Position numbers and translations under genes: made by a program
Shown: piece after piece, positions 55,400 to 64,000 of the stretch
Numbering within the stretch: the stretch's first letter is position 1
Layout of the letters: each line of letters begins with the position of its first letter
Notes under the pieces: model-generated
Told to the model about the DNA's origin: nothing
The model's input: only the letters and a program-made list of their open reading frames with translations
The model's database searches: none
From: an uncultured Candidatus Saccharibacteria bacterium
GTDB lineage: Bacteria > Patescibacteriota > Dojkabacteria > J137
DNA: 64,000 bases
Assembly (NCBI GenBank): GCA_965230975.1
Contig: OZ246402.1
Span: 444,667 to 508,666, forward strand
Direction: 5' to 3'

Positions 55400-56025
55400 T
55401 TATGTGATCCAAGTATAGACTGCACTTTATTAAAGAAATCCTCTAGATCTGATTCAATTTGCATTTGATCTTTACCTTCTCTTTTTTCTGGCCAAAATTC
55501 AGTTGTGTCAAAAACTAAAATCCATGGATCTTGATCAATAATAAAGAAATCTAGGTCAATTAAGTTTGGCTTGATTTTTGCTAATAAATGCTTAATCCTA
55601 TCCATAAATAAAGCTCTGTTAGCAATTATTCCTTGCAAAACATTAATTGGCAAAGTTCTCAATTCAGAACCTCTTAGAATTAACTTATATTGATTTAATG
55701 CGTTATGTATAAAGGGCTGTATATTTGCGTATTCAATTTCATTTAGGTATTCTAACTCAAAATATATAGTTGTTAATATAAAGTTAGTTCCTTCAAAAAT
55801 TTGAGATACAAGTTGATGTTCTCTTTGGTGCTTTTCAAAAGTCAATTTTGTTAATAATTGATTATTTGCAGCCTTTCTTTTTAATATTTTAACTAAATAT
55901 CTTATACCATCTTTTTCGATAAGAAATGTGTTGTAGCATTTCCCTTCTAGCGGTGGTGTGTATGGATTCAGAAGGCCAGGAACTTCAGACACTGTGTTAC
56001 CTAAAAGTGGAGTTAATTGAATCAT
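55396..56025 (-). CDS. Hypothetical protein
   Basis: 209-aa ORF. Confidence 0.45.
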   Translation of the reverse strand: MIQLTPLLGNTVSEVPGLLNPYTPPLEGKCYNTFLIEKDGIRYLVKILKRKAANNQLLTKLTFEKHQREHQLVSQIFEGTNFILTTIYFELEYLNEIEYANIQPFIHNALNQYKLILRGSELRTLPINVLQGIIANRALFMDRIKHLLAKIKPNLIDLDFFIIDQDPWILVFDTTEFWPEKREGKDQMQIESDLEDFFNKVQSILGSHN

Positions 56026-56234
56026 TTTCGGAGTATATCACTCAGTACTTTTCTTTGACAAATCTCAACGTAAAAGATTGATATTTAGTGATTTATTCTA
56101 ATATTGCTGATATAATCTAAACAAATGTTCACAAAATTAAATAATAACAATAATAATTACTAACTCACTCGGAGTTTATTGTTATATATAAACTCCCAAA
56201 AGGGAGTTTTTGTTTATTTGGTGGATATTAATAA

Positions 56235-56306
56235 TGAGTAGTAGCTTAATGGTAAAGCCGACCGCTGTTAACGGTAAGACTCTAGGTTCGAGTCCTAGCT
56301 ACTCAG
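56235..56306 (+). tRNA. tRNA-Asn (anticodon GUU)
   Basis: Acceptor TGAGTAG/CTACTCA, anticodon loop CTGTTAA (same as canonical bacterial tRNA-Asn), T-arm CTAGG-TTCGAGT-CCTAG, discriminator G. Confidence 0.75.
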
Positions 56307-56333
56307 TAATTTAACAAGCTGTTAACGGGGCGA

Positions 56334-56358
56334 AAAGCAAGCTACTACTTGCTTTTTG
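56334..56358 (+). terminator. Terminator-like hairpin AAAGCAAG-ctacta-CTTGCTTT plus T-run immediately after tRNA-Asn
   Basis: 8-bp stem followed by TTTTT. Confidence 0.5.
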
Positions 56359-56381
56359 AGGTTCGAGTCCTACCGTCTCAG
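56359..56381 (+). repeat. Partial duplicate of the tRNA-Asn 3' half (T-arm plus acceptor strand)
   Basis: AGGTTCGAGTCCTAccgtCTCAG versus the tRNA AGGTTCGAGTCCTAgctaCTCAG. A copy of the anticodon-loop segment GCTGTTAACGG also lies at 56317-56327. Confidence 0.55.
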
Positions 56382-56407
56382 TATTTAAAATAAAATAAAT
56401 AACATCT

Positions 56408-57730
56408 ATGACAAACTTACTACCAGAATCAGACAAAACATATATTTCCCAATTCAAAGATAAAGTTGGGCAAGAAGTTAGCGTAAACGGATGGATGTAC
56501 AACAAGCGATCGTCCGGGAAGATCGCATTCTTACAAATAAGAGATGGAAGCGGATTTGTACAAGCAATAGTCGAACAAGCAAAGGTATCAGAATCGATCT
56601 GGAAAGCTGCAGAAGACGCAACAATAGAATCATCGGTCGTTATTACCGGAACAGTATCAAAACACCCAAAACAAGAAGGAGTGTTTGAACTACAAACAAC
56701 AAACTTTGAAATAGTAAACCTAGCACCAGAATTCCCAATCGGCAAAAAAGAACATGGTCCAGAATTCTTATTTGAAAATAGAGACCTATACTTAAGAAGC
56801 AAAACCCCATGGGCAGTATTAAGAATTAGAGACCAAGTATTTAGAAGCATTACAGACTTCTTTTACCAAGAAGGCTTTATTAGATTTGACACACCAGTAT
56901 TACAGCCAACATCTTGCGAAGATACAACACAACTATTTGGCTTAAAATACTACGAAGACATGATGTATTTAACTCAATCTGGACAACTATATTCAGAAGC
57001 GGGAATAATGTCTTTTGGAAAAGTTTATGACTTTGGACCAGTATTTAGAGCAGAGAAGAGCAAAACAAGAAATCACCTTTCAGAATTTTGGATGATGGAT
57101 GCAGAAATGGCATTCTACGACCAATCTATGAACGAAGACTTACAAGAGAGAATGGTAAAAAAGATTTTGAAAGACGCATTAGAAAATTGTGCACAAGAAT
57201 TAAAAATTTTAGAAAGAGACACAACTGTAATGCAAGACATAGTAAGCAAACCATTTATAAGAATGAAACATTACGAAGCAAAAAAGCTATTAGAAGAGAA
57301 GGGATTTACAGTAGATTACAACGATGACATGACAACAGAAGAAGAAATTGAAATTGGGAACATTTATAAAGTCCCAGTATTTATTGAAGACTATCCATTT
57401 GCAGTAAAGTCTTTTTATATGAAGAAATACACAGATGAAAGAGGAATTGAAAGAGCCAGAAATGCAGACTTGATAGCACCTGAAGAAGCAAGAGAAATTA
57501 TTGGTGGGTCTCAAAGAGAAGATGACTACGAAAAATTATTAGCAGAACTAATTGCTAGAAACTATCCAAAAGAAGAGTACGATTGGTATTTAAATGTTAG
57601 AAAATACGGATCTGTACCACATGCAGGATTTGGAATAGGATTAGAAAGAACTGTAAGATGGATTAGTGGAGTACATCACATTAGAGAAACAATACCATTC
57701 CCAAGAACAACAGTTTTAAGTAGACCATAA
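56408..57730 (+). CDS. asnS: Asparaginyl-tRNA synthetase
   Basis: AsnRS-specific IIGGSQRE motif. Motif 2 FRAEKSKTRNHLSEF. C-terminal IRETIPFPRT. Confidence 0.9.
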   Translation: MTNLLPESDKTYISQFKDKVGQEVSVNGWMYNKRSSGKIAFLQIRDGSGFVQAIVEQAKVSESIWKAAEDATIESSVVITGTVSKHPKQEGVFELQTTNFEIVNLAPEFPIGKKEHGPEFLFENRDLYLRSKTPWAVLRIRDQVFRSITDFFYQEGFIRFDTPVLQPTSCEDTTQLFGLKYYEDMMYLTQSGQLYSEAGIMSFGKVYDFGPVFRAEKSKTRNHLSEFWMMDAEMAFYDQSMNEDLQERMVKKILKDALENCAQELKILERDTTVMQDIVSKPFIRMKHYEAKKLLEEKGFTVDYNDDMTTEEEIEIGNIYKVPVFIEDYPFAVKSFYMKKYTDERGIERARNADLIAPEEAREIIGGSQREDDYEKLLAELIARNYPKEEYDWYLNVRKYGSVPHAGFGIGLERTVRWISGVHHIRETIPFPRTTVLSRP

Positions 57731-57754
57731 AGCTTTTAAAACAAGTAACTTCAA

Positions 57755-57793
57755 ACAGGGGTAGGCTTCGCCTACCCCCTGTTTTTCTTTTTT
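57755..57793 (+). terminator. Strong rho-independent terminator after asnS
   Basis: CAGGGGTAGGC-TTC-GCCTACCCCCTG followed by TTTTTCTTTTTT. Confidence 0.85.
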
Positions 57794-57833
57794 ATTTTGC
57801 ATATAGCTTATAGAAATTTTCATTTTAGAAATA

Positions 57834-58268
57834 TTGGGTGAATATGTTAAATTAATTCGTTGTAAGTTATTAAACATGAATTCAGAACCTACAGAATCAT
57901 ATACTTTGCCAGAGTCTAATCTTTTCCCGTTTTTTACAAATCAACTATATACAATAAGAGATTTTCTTTATTCACAGACAAAAAGTGCTAATGCTAAAAT
58001 TTCATTGCAAGATTTAACCTCAGCATTAAATTTCGCCAATATTTACTGGGAAGAGTTTACAAACACAGTTTTCCCTAGTGAGATTAATCCTAATTTCCCC
58101 AGTGCAACTGATGCTGTAAAACTATCAGAAATTATTAATCATTTATTAGAAAATTTTACAGATCAGGATTCAAATGTACATAAATTATTAGTTAGTTTAA
58201 AGGATAAAATAAATAGTAGGTATACTTTTGAACATCCAATGATTTTACGTGAGGTACAAGAAATCTGA
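57834..58268 (+). CDS. Hypothetical protein
   Basis: 144-aa ORF. Confidence 0.45.
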   Translation: MGEYVKLIRCKLLNMNSEPTESYTLPESNLFPFFTNQLYTIRDFLYSQTKSANAKISLQDLTSALNFANIYWEEFTNTVFPSEINPNFPSATDAVKLSEIINHLLENFTDQDSNVHKLLVSLKDKINSRYTFEHPMILREVQEI

Positions 58269-58282
58269 AGACTCCTAAGAAA

Positions 58283-58789
58283 TTGGGAGTTTTTTTTAAT
58301 TATTATTTAATATTTATGTCAGATGCTCAAAATCAAAGATTAGATCAGGTTACTAAGAGATTTGTTGACTCTACTAATCTTTCTGTAAGAATTAGAGGAA
58401 TAGCATTTCGAATTGATAATTCGAGTAATTTAAAACTATATCAAGCAATGCATATATTAAGTGATAGTATTTATTTGATTCCTCATGCTAATGTTTTAAC
58501 ATCTAAAATCCAACCTGTATTAGACTTTTTTGCAGTAAGAGAAGGTCCTGATGAGGATAATGAAGGTTTTAAAGAATATTTAAATTTAAGTGAGGACCTT
58601 AGATCAGAATTAGTTGATATATTATCTGAGTGCGAAGCCATACTTCAACCATTCAAGAGTGATAGTCCAGAAGACATGTTGGCTTGGGTGAAAATAAAGG
58701 CACTAATCAATTATTTAGACCCAACTTCGCTTAATTATGCAATTTACCAAAGACAAGAAAAACTCTTAGGTAATACAGTTGAAGGTTAA
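58283..58789 (+). CDS. Hypothetical protein
   Basis: 168-aa ORF. The true start may be the internal Met (MSDAQN). Confidence 0.45.
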   Translation: MGVFFNYYLIFMSDAQNQRLDQVTKRFVDSTNLSVRIRGIAFRIDNSSNLKLYQAMHILSDSIYLIPHANVLTSKIQPVLDFFAVREGPDEDNEGFKEYLNLSEDLRSELVDILSECEAILQPFKSDSPEDMLAWVKIKALINYLDPTSLNYAIYQRQEKLLGNTVEG

Positions 58790-58810
58790 GTTATTTTTTA
58801 ATTATTAAAC

Positions 58811-59239
58811 ATGGATACCTACCCCATTGTTAATTTGCCAAATCCTTTTGATGAGCCAGCGACAAATAATCATTTAAGGCATTTATATTTATATAATTTA
58901 GTTACTACTGCAGAGTCTTTAATTGAGTATAGGGTGGAAAGAGACCCGAATTTAGCACTTAGAATCTTTGATGAGTTATCTGTAAACTTAAATAATTTAT
59001 TAGGAATGTCGAATTACCTAACTATTTTTGAGCCAGATTTGATACCTAGATACAGGGATTTACTAACTCAACTTTCAGAATTTTTGCAAAATGAAATAAA
59101 TAAACAAGACCAAGTTATTCACGATGCTATTGCTCAAAGAGAAAAATTTCAACATGTATTGACCGGCACTCGAAACTTAGTTGATACTATGGATTCACAA
59201 TTTAACTTAGGTGTTCAAGAAACGGCTCCAGAAGCTTAG
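58811..59239 (+). CDS. Hypothetical protein
   Basis: 142-aa ORF. Confidence 0.45.
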   Translation: MDTYPIVNLPNPFDEPATNNHLRHLYLYNLVTTAESLIEYRVERDPNLALRIFDELSVNLNNLLGMSNYLTIFEPDLIPRYRDLLTQLSEFLQNEINKQDQVIHDAIAQREKFQHVLTGTRNLVDTMDSQFNLGVQETAPEA

Positions 59240-59269
59240 TTAATTAGACTTTTAGGATACATCTGACAT

Positions 59270-59300
59270 TAAAAAACTCCCGGTTGCCCGGGAGTTTAAA
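59270..59300. terminator. Bidirectional rho-independent terminator between the hypothetical trio and dnaK
   Basis: AAAAAA-ACTCCCGG-TTGC-CCGGGAGT-TTAAAA. The T6 run on the minus strand serves dnaK. Confidence 0.75.
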
Positions 59301-59329
59301 ATCAATTGTTAAAATTGAATGTCTAAAAC

Positions 59330-61261
59330 TTACACAACTTCACCTTCTTCTGGTTCGTTTTTCTTTTCTTCAGTTGATTCTGTAGTGTTGCTAGAATCTT
59401 CTGAAGCTGTACCGGCACTTTCAGTACCAGCTGCAGGTTGTTGTTGCTCGTAAACCTTTGACCCTGCTTCTTGAAGTTTGTTCATTAATTCGTCAGATTC
59501 TTTTTTAACTTCCTCTGCATTAAAGTCTTCAACTTTAATTAAAGCTTCAACTTTTTCAATTTGAGCTTTAATGCCAGATTTCATATCTTCTGGAATTTTA
59601 TCTGCTGTATCTTTATCTTCTATTAATTTAGTAGCTTGGTAAACTAAAGTTTCAGCTTCGTTTTTTGTTTTAAGCTTAGACAAAATTTCGTCATCCTTGC
59701 TTCTATTTTCTTCTGCCTCTTTAACTCTTCTATCAATCTCTTCCTGGTCTAGGTTTGTAGAAGCAGTTATAGTAATTTGCTGCTCTTTGCCTGTACCTAA
59801 ATCTTTGGCTTTAACATTCAAAATACCATTTGCATCTAATTTAAATGTAATGGCAAACCTTGGAACGCTTCTTGGTGCAGGAGCAATTCCATCTAACCTA
59901 AATGTGCCAAGTAGTTTGTTATCTTTAGCTAAAGGTCTCTCTCCTTGTAAAACTTTTACATCAATTGCAGGTTGATTATCTACTGCTGTAGTAAAGTTTT
60001 CTTCGGTTTTTTCTGTAGGTATAGTTGTATTTCTTGGAATCAAGATATGCATTTCACCTGCATTTACCTCTAAACCTAAAGATAATGGAGTAACGTCTAA
60101 TAATGTAATGTCTTGAACGTTGCTATCTCCAGCCAAAACAGCTGCTTGTAAAGATGCTCCAACTGCAACAACTTCGTCTGGGTTAACAGATAAATTTGGT
60201 TTTTTGCCAAAGTATTCTTCTACTTTTCTTAAAACTAAAGGCATTCTTGTCATACCACCAACCATAATTACTTCATGAATATCAGATTTTGAAAGCCCGG
60301 CATCTTTAATAGCTTTATCAACAGAATTGAAAGTTCTTTCTACCAAAGACATAACCATCTTTTCAAGATCGGCTCTGGTTAAAGTCATTCTGAAATGTTT
60401 TGGTCCTTTTGCGTCTGCTGTAATGTATGGCAAATTTACATCTGTACTTTCAGAACTTGAAAGTGTGATTTTTGCTTTTTCTGCAGCTTCTTTAAGTCTT
60501 TGTAATGCAGCTGGGTCTTCTTTTAAGTCAATACCTTGCTCTTGTTTAAATACAGTTACAAAGTGGTCAATTAAAACTTGGTCAAAGTCGTCTCCACCAA
60601 GGTGGGTATCACCAGATGTAGATCTTACTTCGTAAACATTATCTCCAATGTCTAAAACAGATACATCAAATGTTCCTCCACCAAGGTCGTAAACGATAAT
60701 TGTTTCATCTTGTTTTTTATCTAGACCGTAAGCAATAGCAGCTGCTGTAGGTTCGTTAATAATTCTTTGAACATTAAACCCTGCAATTTTACCTGCGTTT
60801 TTTGTTGCTTGTCTTTGAGAATCATCAAAGTAAGCTGGTACTGTAATTACTGCGTCTGTAATTTTTTCTCCTAAATATGCCTCTGCATCTGCTTTGATTT
60901 TTGCTAAAACTTTTGCGGATATAACTTCAGGTGATACCCATTCTTCTCCAAATTGGATTTCAACTCCACCTTTGTCAGATTTTCTTAAGTTAAATGGTAA
61001 AAGTTTTATATCTTTTTGAACTTCTGCATCGTCAAACCTTCTACCAATAAGCCTTTTGATGGAGTAGAATGTTTGTTCAGGGTTTGTTACCATTTGATTT
61101 TTTGCAGTTATTCCAACAATTTCTGATTTGTTGTCTAATGCTACAACAGAAGGGATTAATCTTGACCCCTCTTTGCTTGTTATTACTTCAGGTTTTCCTG
61201 CTTGTACAAAGGCTACAACTGAGTTTGTAGTTCCTAAGTCTATTCCGACTGCTTTTGCCAT
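59330..61261 (-). CDS. dnaK: Molecular chaperone DnaK (Hsp70)
   Basis: IDLGTTNS, DLGGGTFD and VIMVGGMTRMP signatures. Full length 643 aa with a C-terminal acidic tail. Confidence 0.95.
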   Translation of the reverse strand: MAKAVGIDLGTTNSVVAFVQAGKPEVITSKEGSRLIPSVVALDNKSEIVGITAKNQMVTNPEQTFYSIKRLIGRRFDDAEVQKDIKLLPFNLRKSDKGGVEIQFGEEWVSPEVISAKVLAKIKADAEAYLGEKITDAVITVPAYFDDSQRQATKNAGKIAGFNVQRIINEPTAAAIAYGLDKKQDETIIVYDLGGGTFDVSVLDIGDNVYEVRSTSGDTHLGGDDFDQVLIDHFVTVFKQEQGIDLKEDPAALQRLKEAAEKAKITLSSSESTDVNLPYITADAKGPKHFRMTLTRADLEKMVMSLVERTFNSVDKAIKDAGLSKSDIHEVIMVGGMTRMPLVLRKVEEYFGKKPNLSVNPDEVVAVGASLQAAVLAGDSNVQDITLLDVTPLSLGLEVNAGEMHILIPRNTTIPTEKTEENFTTAVDNQPAIDVKVLQGERPLAKDNKLLGTFRLDGIAPAPRSVPRFAITFKLDANGILNVKAKDLGTGKEQQITITASTNLDQEEIDRRVKEAEENRSKDDEILSKLKTKNEAETLVYQATKLIEDKDTADKIPEDMKSGIKAQIEKVEALIKVEDFNAEEVKKESDELMNKLQEAGSKVYEQQQPAAGTESAGTASEDSSNTTESTEEKKNEPEEGEVV

Positions 61262-61362
61262 AAATTTACTAGTAATAATTATTAATTTTAAAGTTGTAAG
61301 TTAAATAGATTTTTTATGTTAATTTACAACTATGATTGTTTAAATCTAGCTAATCTAAGAAA

Positions 61363-61389
61363 TTAGCAGTCTAATTCTATAACTGCTAA
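61363..61389. promoter_or_regulatory. CIRCE-like inverted repeat TTAGCAGTC-N9-AACTGCTAA upstream of dnaK (HrcA operator candidate)
   Basis: 8 of 9 arm complementarity. Consensus CIRCE is TTAGCACTC-N9-GAGTGCTAA. Lies about 100 bp upstream of the dnaK start. Confidence 0.5.
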
Positions 61390-61487
61390 CGTGTTGGTGT
61401 CAAGCCCAACACTTAAAAATATTAAGGTTTTATAAAATGCTATAATCCCTGCACAATATAAGTTTTAGATAATATTACTTTTGATTT

Positions 61488-62066
61488 ATGAAATTAAATA
61501 AGTATTGTTCTGAAGATAGATTAAAAAATATTATTGCAAGATCAATTATATTAGAATCATTAGATCCAAAGCTGGTTAACTCTATTAAAGAATACCGTAC
61601 GGGTCTTATAGATTTTGAGACTTTTTTAGACAAAATTAGATATCACTATTACATTCTTAAGTCAAAAATCAACATCCCCTTTTATAACAAATCAGAGACT
61701 GACTTAGAGCCATATACGTTGTTGATTTACATAATAAGTGAATATTTAGATAGGCAATCTTTTAGAAAATTATTAGAGATAGATACTAATCTTTCGGCAC
61801 TAACTCAATTAGAATTAACAGAGCAATGTTTTGAAATATTTAGATTGCTAGTAAATACATATTTAACAGGTTCTTTTGTAACTGCTGAACAATTAAGTAC
61901 ATATTTTGGTTGTACACCTTCTAATGTTTACCACTTTTTAAGGCACATTAAAGAACAATTAGATTTAAATGGGTCAAATTTAAGATTGTATTTGGTTAGG
62001 GGAAAGGGTTACTCTTTAATTGACTTAAATAGTACAAAAAATGAGTTGCTTGATTTAGAAAACTAA
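61488..62066 (+). CDS. Hypothetical protein with a C-terminal HTH-like segment
   Basis: 192 aa. The C-terminus VTAEQLSTYFGCTPSNVYHFLRHIKEQ resembles an HTH. Opposite strand, inserted between grpE and dnaK. Confidence 0.45.
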   Translation: MKLNKYCSEDRLKNIIARSIILESLDPKLVNSIKEYRTGLIDFETFLDKIRYHYYILKSKINIPFYNKSETDLEPYTLLIYIISEYLDRQSFRKLLEIDTNLSALTQLELTEQCFEIFRLLVNTYLTGSFVTAEQLSTYFGCTPSNVYHFLRHIKEQLDLNGSNLRLYLVRGKGYSLIDLNSTKNELLDLEN

Positions 62067-62094
62067 TATGCTATTAGATTTAAAACTCTAATAA

Positions 62095-62976
62095 TTACTT
62101 TCCAACAACAACTTTGGCTGCTTTTAAAACATGTTCTTTGTTTGAGTATTTATAAGCACTGCTAATTACAGCAATTACTTTTCCTTTTTGAGATTCATCT
62201 TGAACAGCTACTACAGATACTGCCTCCATTTTTTCTTTGTCAAAAACATCTCCTATTTTAACTTCAACTTTCTCTATTCCATTTCTTTTAGCAGAATCAA
62301 CCAATTTATCTTGCGCACTTGTCATTGCAGACTTTGCATGTTCTAAACTTAGGTTTTCATCTTGTAGTGCTAATTCAATATCATCGTGAATTTCTAAAAT
62401 ATCTTTAATTAAAGACATATTGGACATTGCACCCCAGTTGGATTTTTCGTTTTCAATTCTTCTTTGATAATTTTGAAAATCGGCCATTAAGCTAATTCTT
62501 TTTTGTTTTTCTAAATCTAGATCTGCCTTAAGTTTAGAAAGTTCATCTGGTTGTGTTTCAGTTTCTTTTTGAGGTTTAAAATAGAATTCAGATTCAAAAA
62601 TGTCAGAGATCATAATATTCCCATTTTCTAACTTTACCTCTAAAAGCTTCCACCCTTCGCCTTCTATTAGTTTGGCATTAGGATATGCTTTTTTAGCTTC
62701 TTCAAAATTATTAGTTTGTACAGAAACGTATTTCTGTTCACCAGGTTTAACTAGCCTAGCAAATTTAATATCTGCAACTGGCTCTTTAAACTTAACTAAA
62801 ATGCCGTGTTCATCTTCTACATGTTTTTCGGCGATCTTTAAAATATCTTCTGCAACCTGATCATATTCCTTTGAATCTGCTACAGAAATTCCAACAGAAT
62901 CAATGGAGTAGTCTTTAATTTGAATTTGCTCTAGCAACGCCAAAGCTATTTTTATTTCTTGATGTATGTTCTTCAT
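62095..62976 (-). CDS. grpE: Nucleotide exchange factor GrpE with a ~140-aa N-terminal extension
   Basis: GrpE coiled coil (KQKRISLMADFQNYQRRIENEK) and C-terminal beta domain (GDVFDKEKMEAV...VISSAYKY...VLKAAKVVVGK). The first ~140 aa are unassigned. Confidence 0.75.
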   Translation of the reverse strand: MKNIHQEIKIALALLEQIQIKDYSIDSVGISVADSKEYDQVAEDILKIAEKHVEDEHGILVKFKEPVADIKFARLVKPGEQKYVSVQTNNFEEAKKAYPNAKLIEGEGWKLLEVKLENGNIMISDIFESEFYFKPQKETETQPDELSKLKADLDLEKQKRISLMADFQNYQRRIENEKSNWGAMSNMSLIKDILEIHDDIELALQDENLSLEHAKSAMTSAQDKLVDSAKRNGIEKVEVKIGDVFDKEKMEAVSVVAVQDESQKGKVIAVISSAYKYSNKEHVLKAAKVVVGK

Positions 62977-62986
62977 ATTAAAAAAT

Positions 62987-63718
62987 TTACCAGTTTTGAA
63001 CTAAATATTTCATGGTTTGTGAAAGATATTTAATAGCTGCAAGTACTTGATTATATCTCATTCTATTAGGACCAATTACTGCAATATACCCTCGCTTTTT
63101 ATCATGAAGTCTTATTTCTGTAAATACGACTGTAAAGTCTTTGTAACCGTCAAAGTCAGTTTCCTCTCCAAACAAAATTGAAAGTTCGTCTTCCGCTTTA
63201 CCATCATTCATGATTTCTGAAAGAGAGTAGTAATCTTCTAAAACCTCAAGCATTTTTTGAAGGTTTGAGGAATTTCTGAATTCGGGAATTTCTACCATGT
63301 GAGATAAACCTGCATAAAATATCTCTCCGTCTACTAACGCAATTGCGGGGTTGTTAGCTAGTGTGGAAAGAAACCCTATGGTTTTTCTTAAAAGCTGGTA
63401 TTTATCATATTTGATTTTTGCCAACTCGCTTTTTATAGATTCTTGAGTAATAACATCAATATCTTCTATACCTTTCTCTTGCAAATCTTGCAAAAAGTAT
63501 TTCCAGCCTTTTAATGTTGGAACTCTACCACCACTTGAATTTCTATTTAATAAATATCCGCTAGATACAAGCTCTGCCATTTCGTTTCTGATTGTTGCAG
63601 GGCTTACTTTAAATCCGTACTTGCTTTGCAAATTTAAAGACCCTACAGCTTCTGCGGTATCAATAAATTCGTTTATTATTGTTAGTAAAAGTAGCCTTTG
63701 TCTTTCAGAAATATCCAT
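62987..63718 (-). CDS. hrcA: Heat-inducible transcription repressor HrcA (short form)
   Basis: N-terminal wHTH (RQRLLLLTIINEFIDTAEAVGS...VSPATIRNEMAELVSSGYL). 243 aa, shorter than the typical ~340. Directly upstream of grpE. Confidence 0.8.
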   Translation of the reverse strand: MDISERQRLLLLTIINEFIDTAEAVGSLNLQSKYGFKVSPATIRNEMAELVSSGYLLNRNSSGGRVPTLKGWKYFLQDLQEKGIEDIDVITQESIKSELAKIKYDKYQLLRKTIGFLSTLANNPAIALVDGEIFYAGLSHMVEIPEFRNSSNLQKMLEVLEDYYSLSEIMNDGKAEDELSILFGEETDFDGYKDFTVVFTEIRLHDKKRGYIAVIGPNRMRYNQVLAAIKYLSQTMKYLVQNW

Positions 63719-64000
63719 CTTGTTATTTTTAAAACTTAAAGAAGTTTATCATAATTTAGCATGTCTTGTTAAGAAGTGATAAATTTAAAGTAGAGAAGTG
63801 ATACAAAATATTTACATTTTAAAATATTTTAAAATGCTAAAATTACTTAAGAGTGAAGATGAAAGTTAATGAGTTTTCTTTGTAATTGACATGCAGTATT
63901 GAATAATTTTCTATTTTGCAAAAAAATTACAATTTATTAAAACTCATTTAAATAAATTGTTATATTCTAATAATGGTTATACAGTACGAAACCGATTTTG

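Noticed and set aside
61391-61413. GTGTTGG-N8-CCAACAC hairpin next to the CIRCE-like element
   Set aside because: No U-tract on either strand and no gene end nearby. Probably incidental or part of the dnaK leader.
42417-62860. Short ORFs 42417-42629, 42723-42908, 50819-51109, 52523-52705, 54893-55147, 56311-56850, 56491-56688, 57088-57327, 57290-57514, 59697-59975, 60327-60635, 62600-62860
   Set aside because: Embedded in the ABC permease, GAF histidine kinase, aspS, ProX, asnS, dnaK or grpE. 56311-56850 also runs across the tRNA-Asn/asnS junction. Spurious.
1-64000. CRISPR array, rRNA genes, transposases, integrases, reverse transcriptases
   Set aside because: No regularly spaced short repeats were found beyond the tRNA-end duplications and one 2x42-bp intragenic repeat. 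No rRNA-like conserved stretches. No protein with DDE, tyrosine-recombinase or RT motifs was recognised.

Overview
This is a visibly AT-rich, gene-dense chromosomal segment with about 75 protein genes and three tRNA genes. The gene repertoire and architecture point to a small-genome bacterium, probably of the Patescibacteria/CPR type; this is an inference from gene content, overlapping starts and weak Shine-Dalgarno signals.

Housekeeping content, in order:
- ftsE-ftsX, secG and a family-5 solute-binding protein.
- A minimal dcw cluster, mraZ-rsmH-ftsL-ftsI, preceded by a promoter plus three AGTGG direct repeats that look like an MraZ operator.
- trhO, lemA and a WecA/MraY-family glycosyltransferase.
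- nusA with a strong terminator.
- tRNA-Glu(CUC), tRNA-Gln(UUG) and tRNA-Asn(GUU); the last sits directly upstream of asnS.
- An archaeal-type aspS.
- hrcA-grpE-dnaK with a CIRCE-like element.

Accessory content:
- A HepT/MntA toxin-antitoxin pair next to att-like partial duplications of the tRNA-Glu 3' end.
- An ABC-F ATPase.
- An ArsR-rhodanese-CoADR/rhodanese/TusA/DsrE sulfur-stress operon with a perfect palindromic operator.
- An MFS transporter, two two-component systems, OGG, a MacB-like ABC pair and two NUDIX hydrolases.

The most interesting locus is 45053-51863. It holds a short-chain polyprenyl diphosphate synthase, an APH-fold kinase, an XRE-GAF regulator, a 368-aa protein and a double-GAF histidine kinase translationally coupled to that protein. 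The 368-aa protein carries the three class I terpene synthase motifs (DDxxD, NDxxTxxxE, RY) in canonical order and spacing. A recurring ATTTGCG-containing motif lies upstream of four genes in this locus. This candidate terpenoid biosynthesis and signalling module is unexpected for this kind of genome.

No CRISPR array, rRNA, transposase or integrase was seen.
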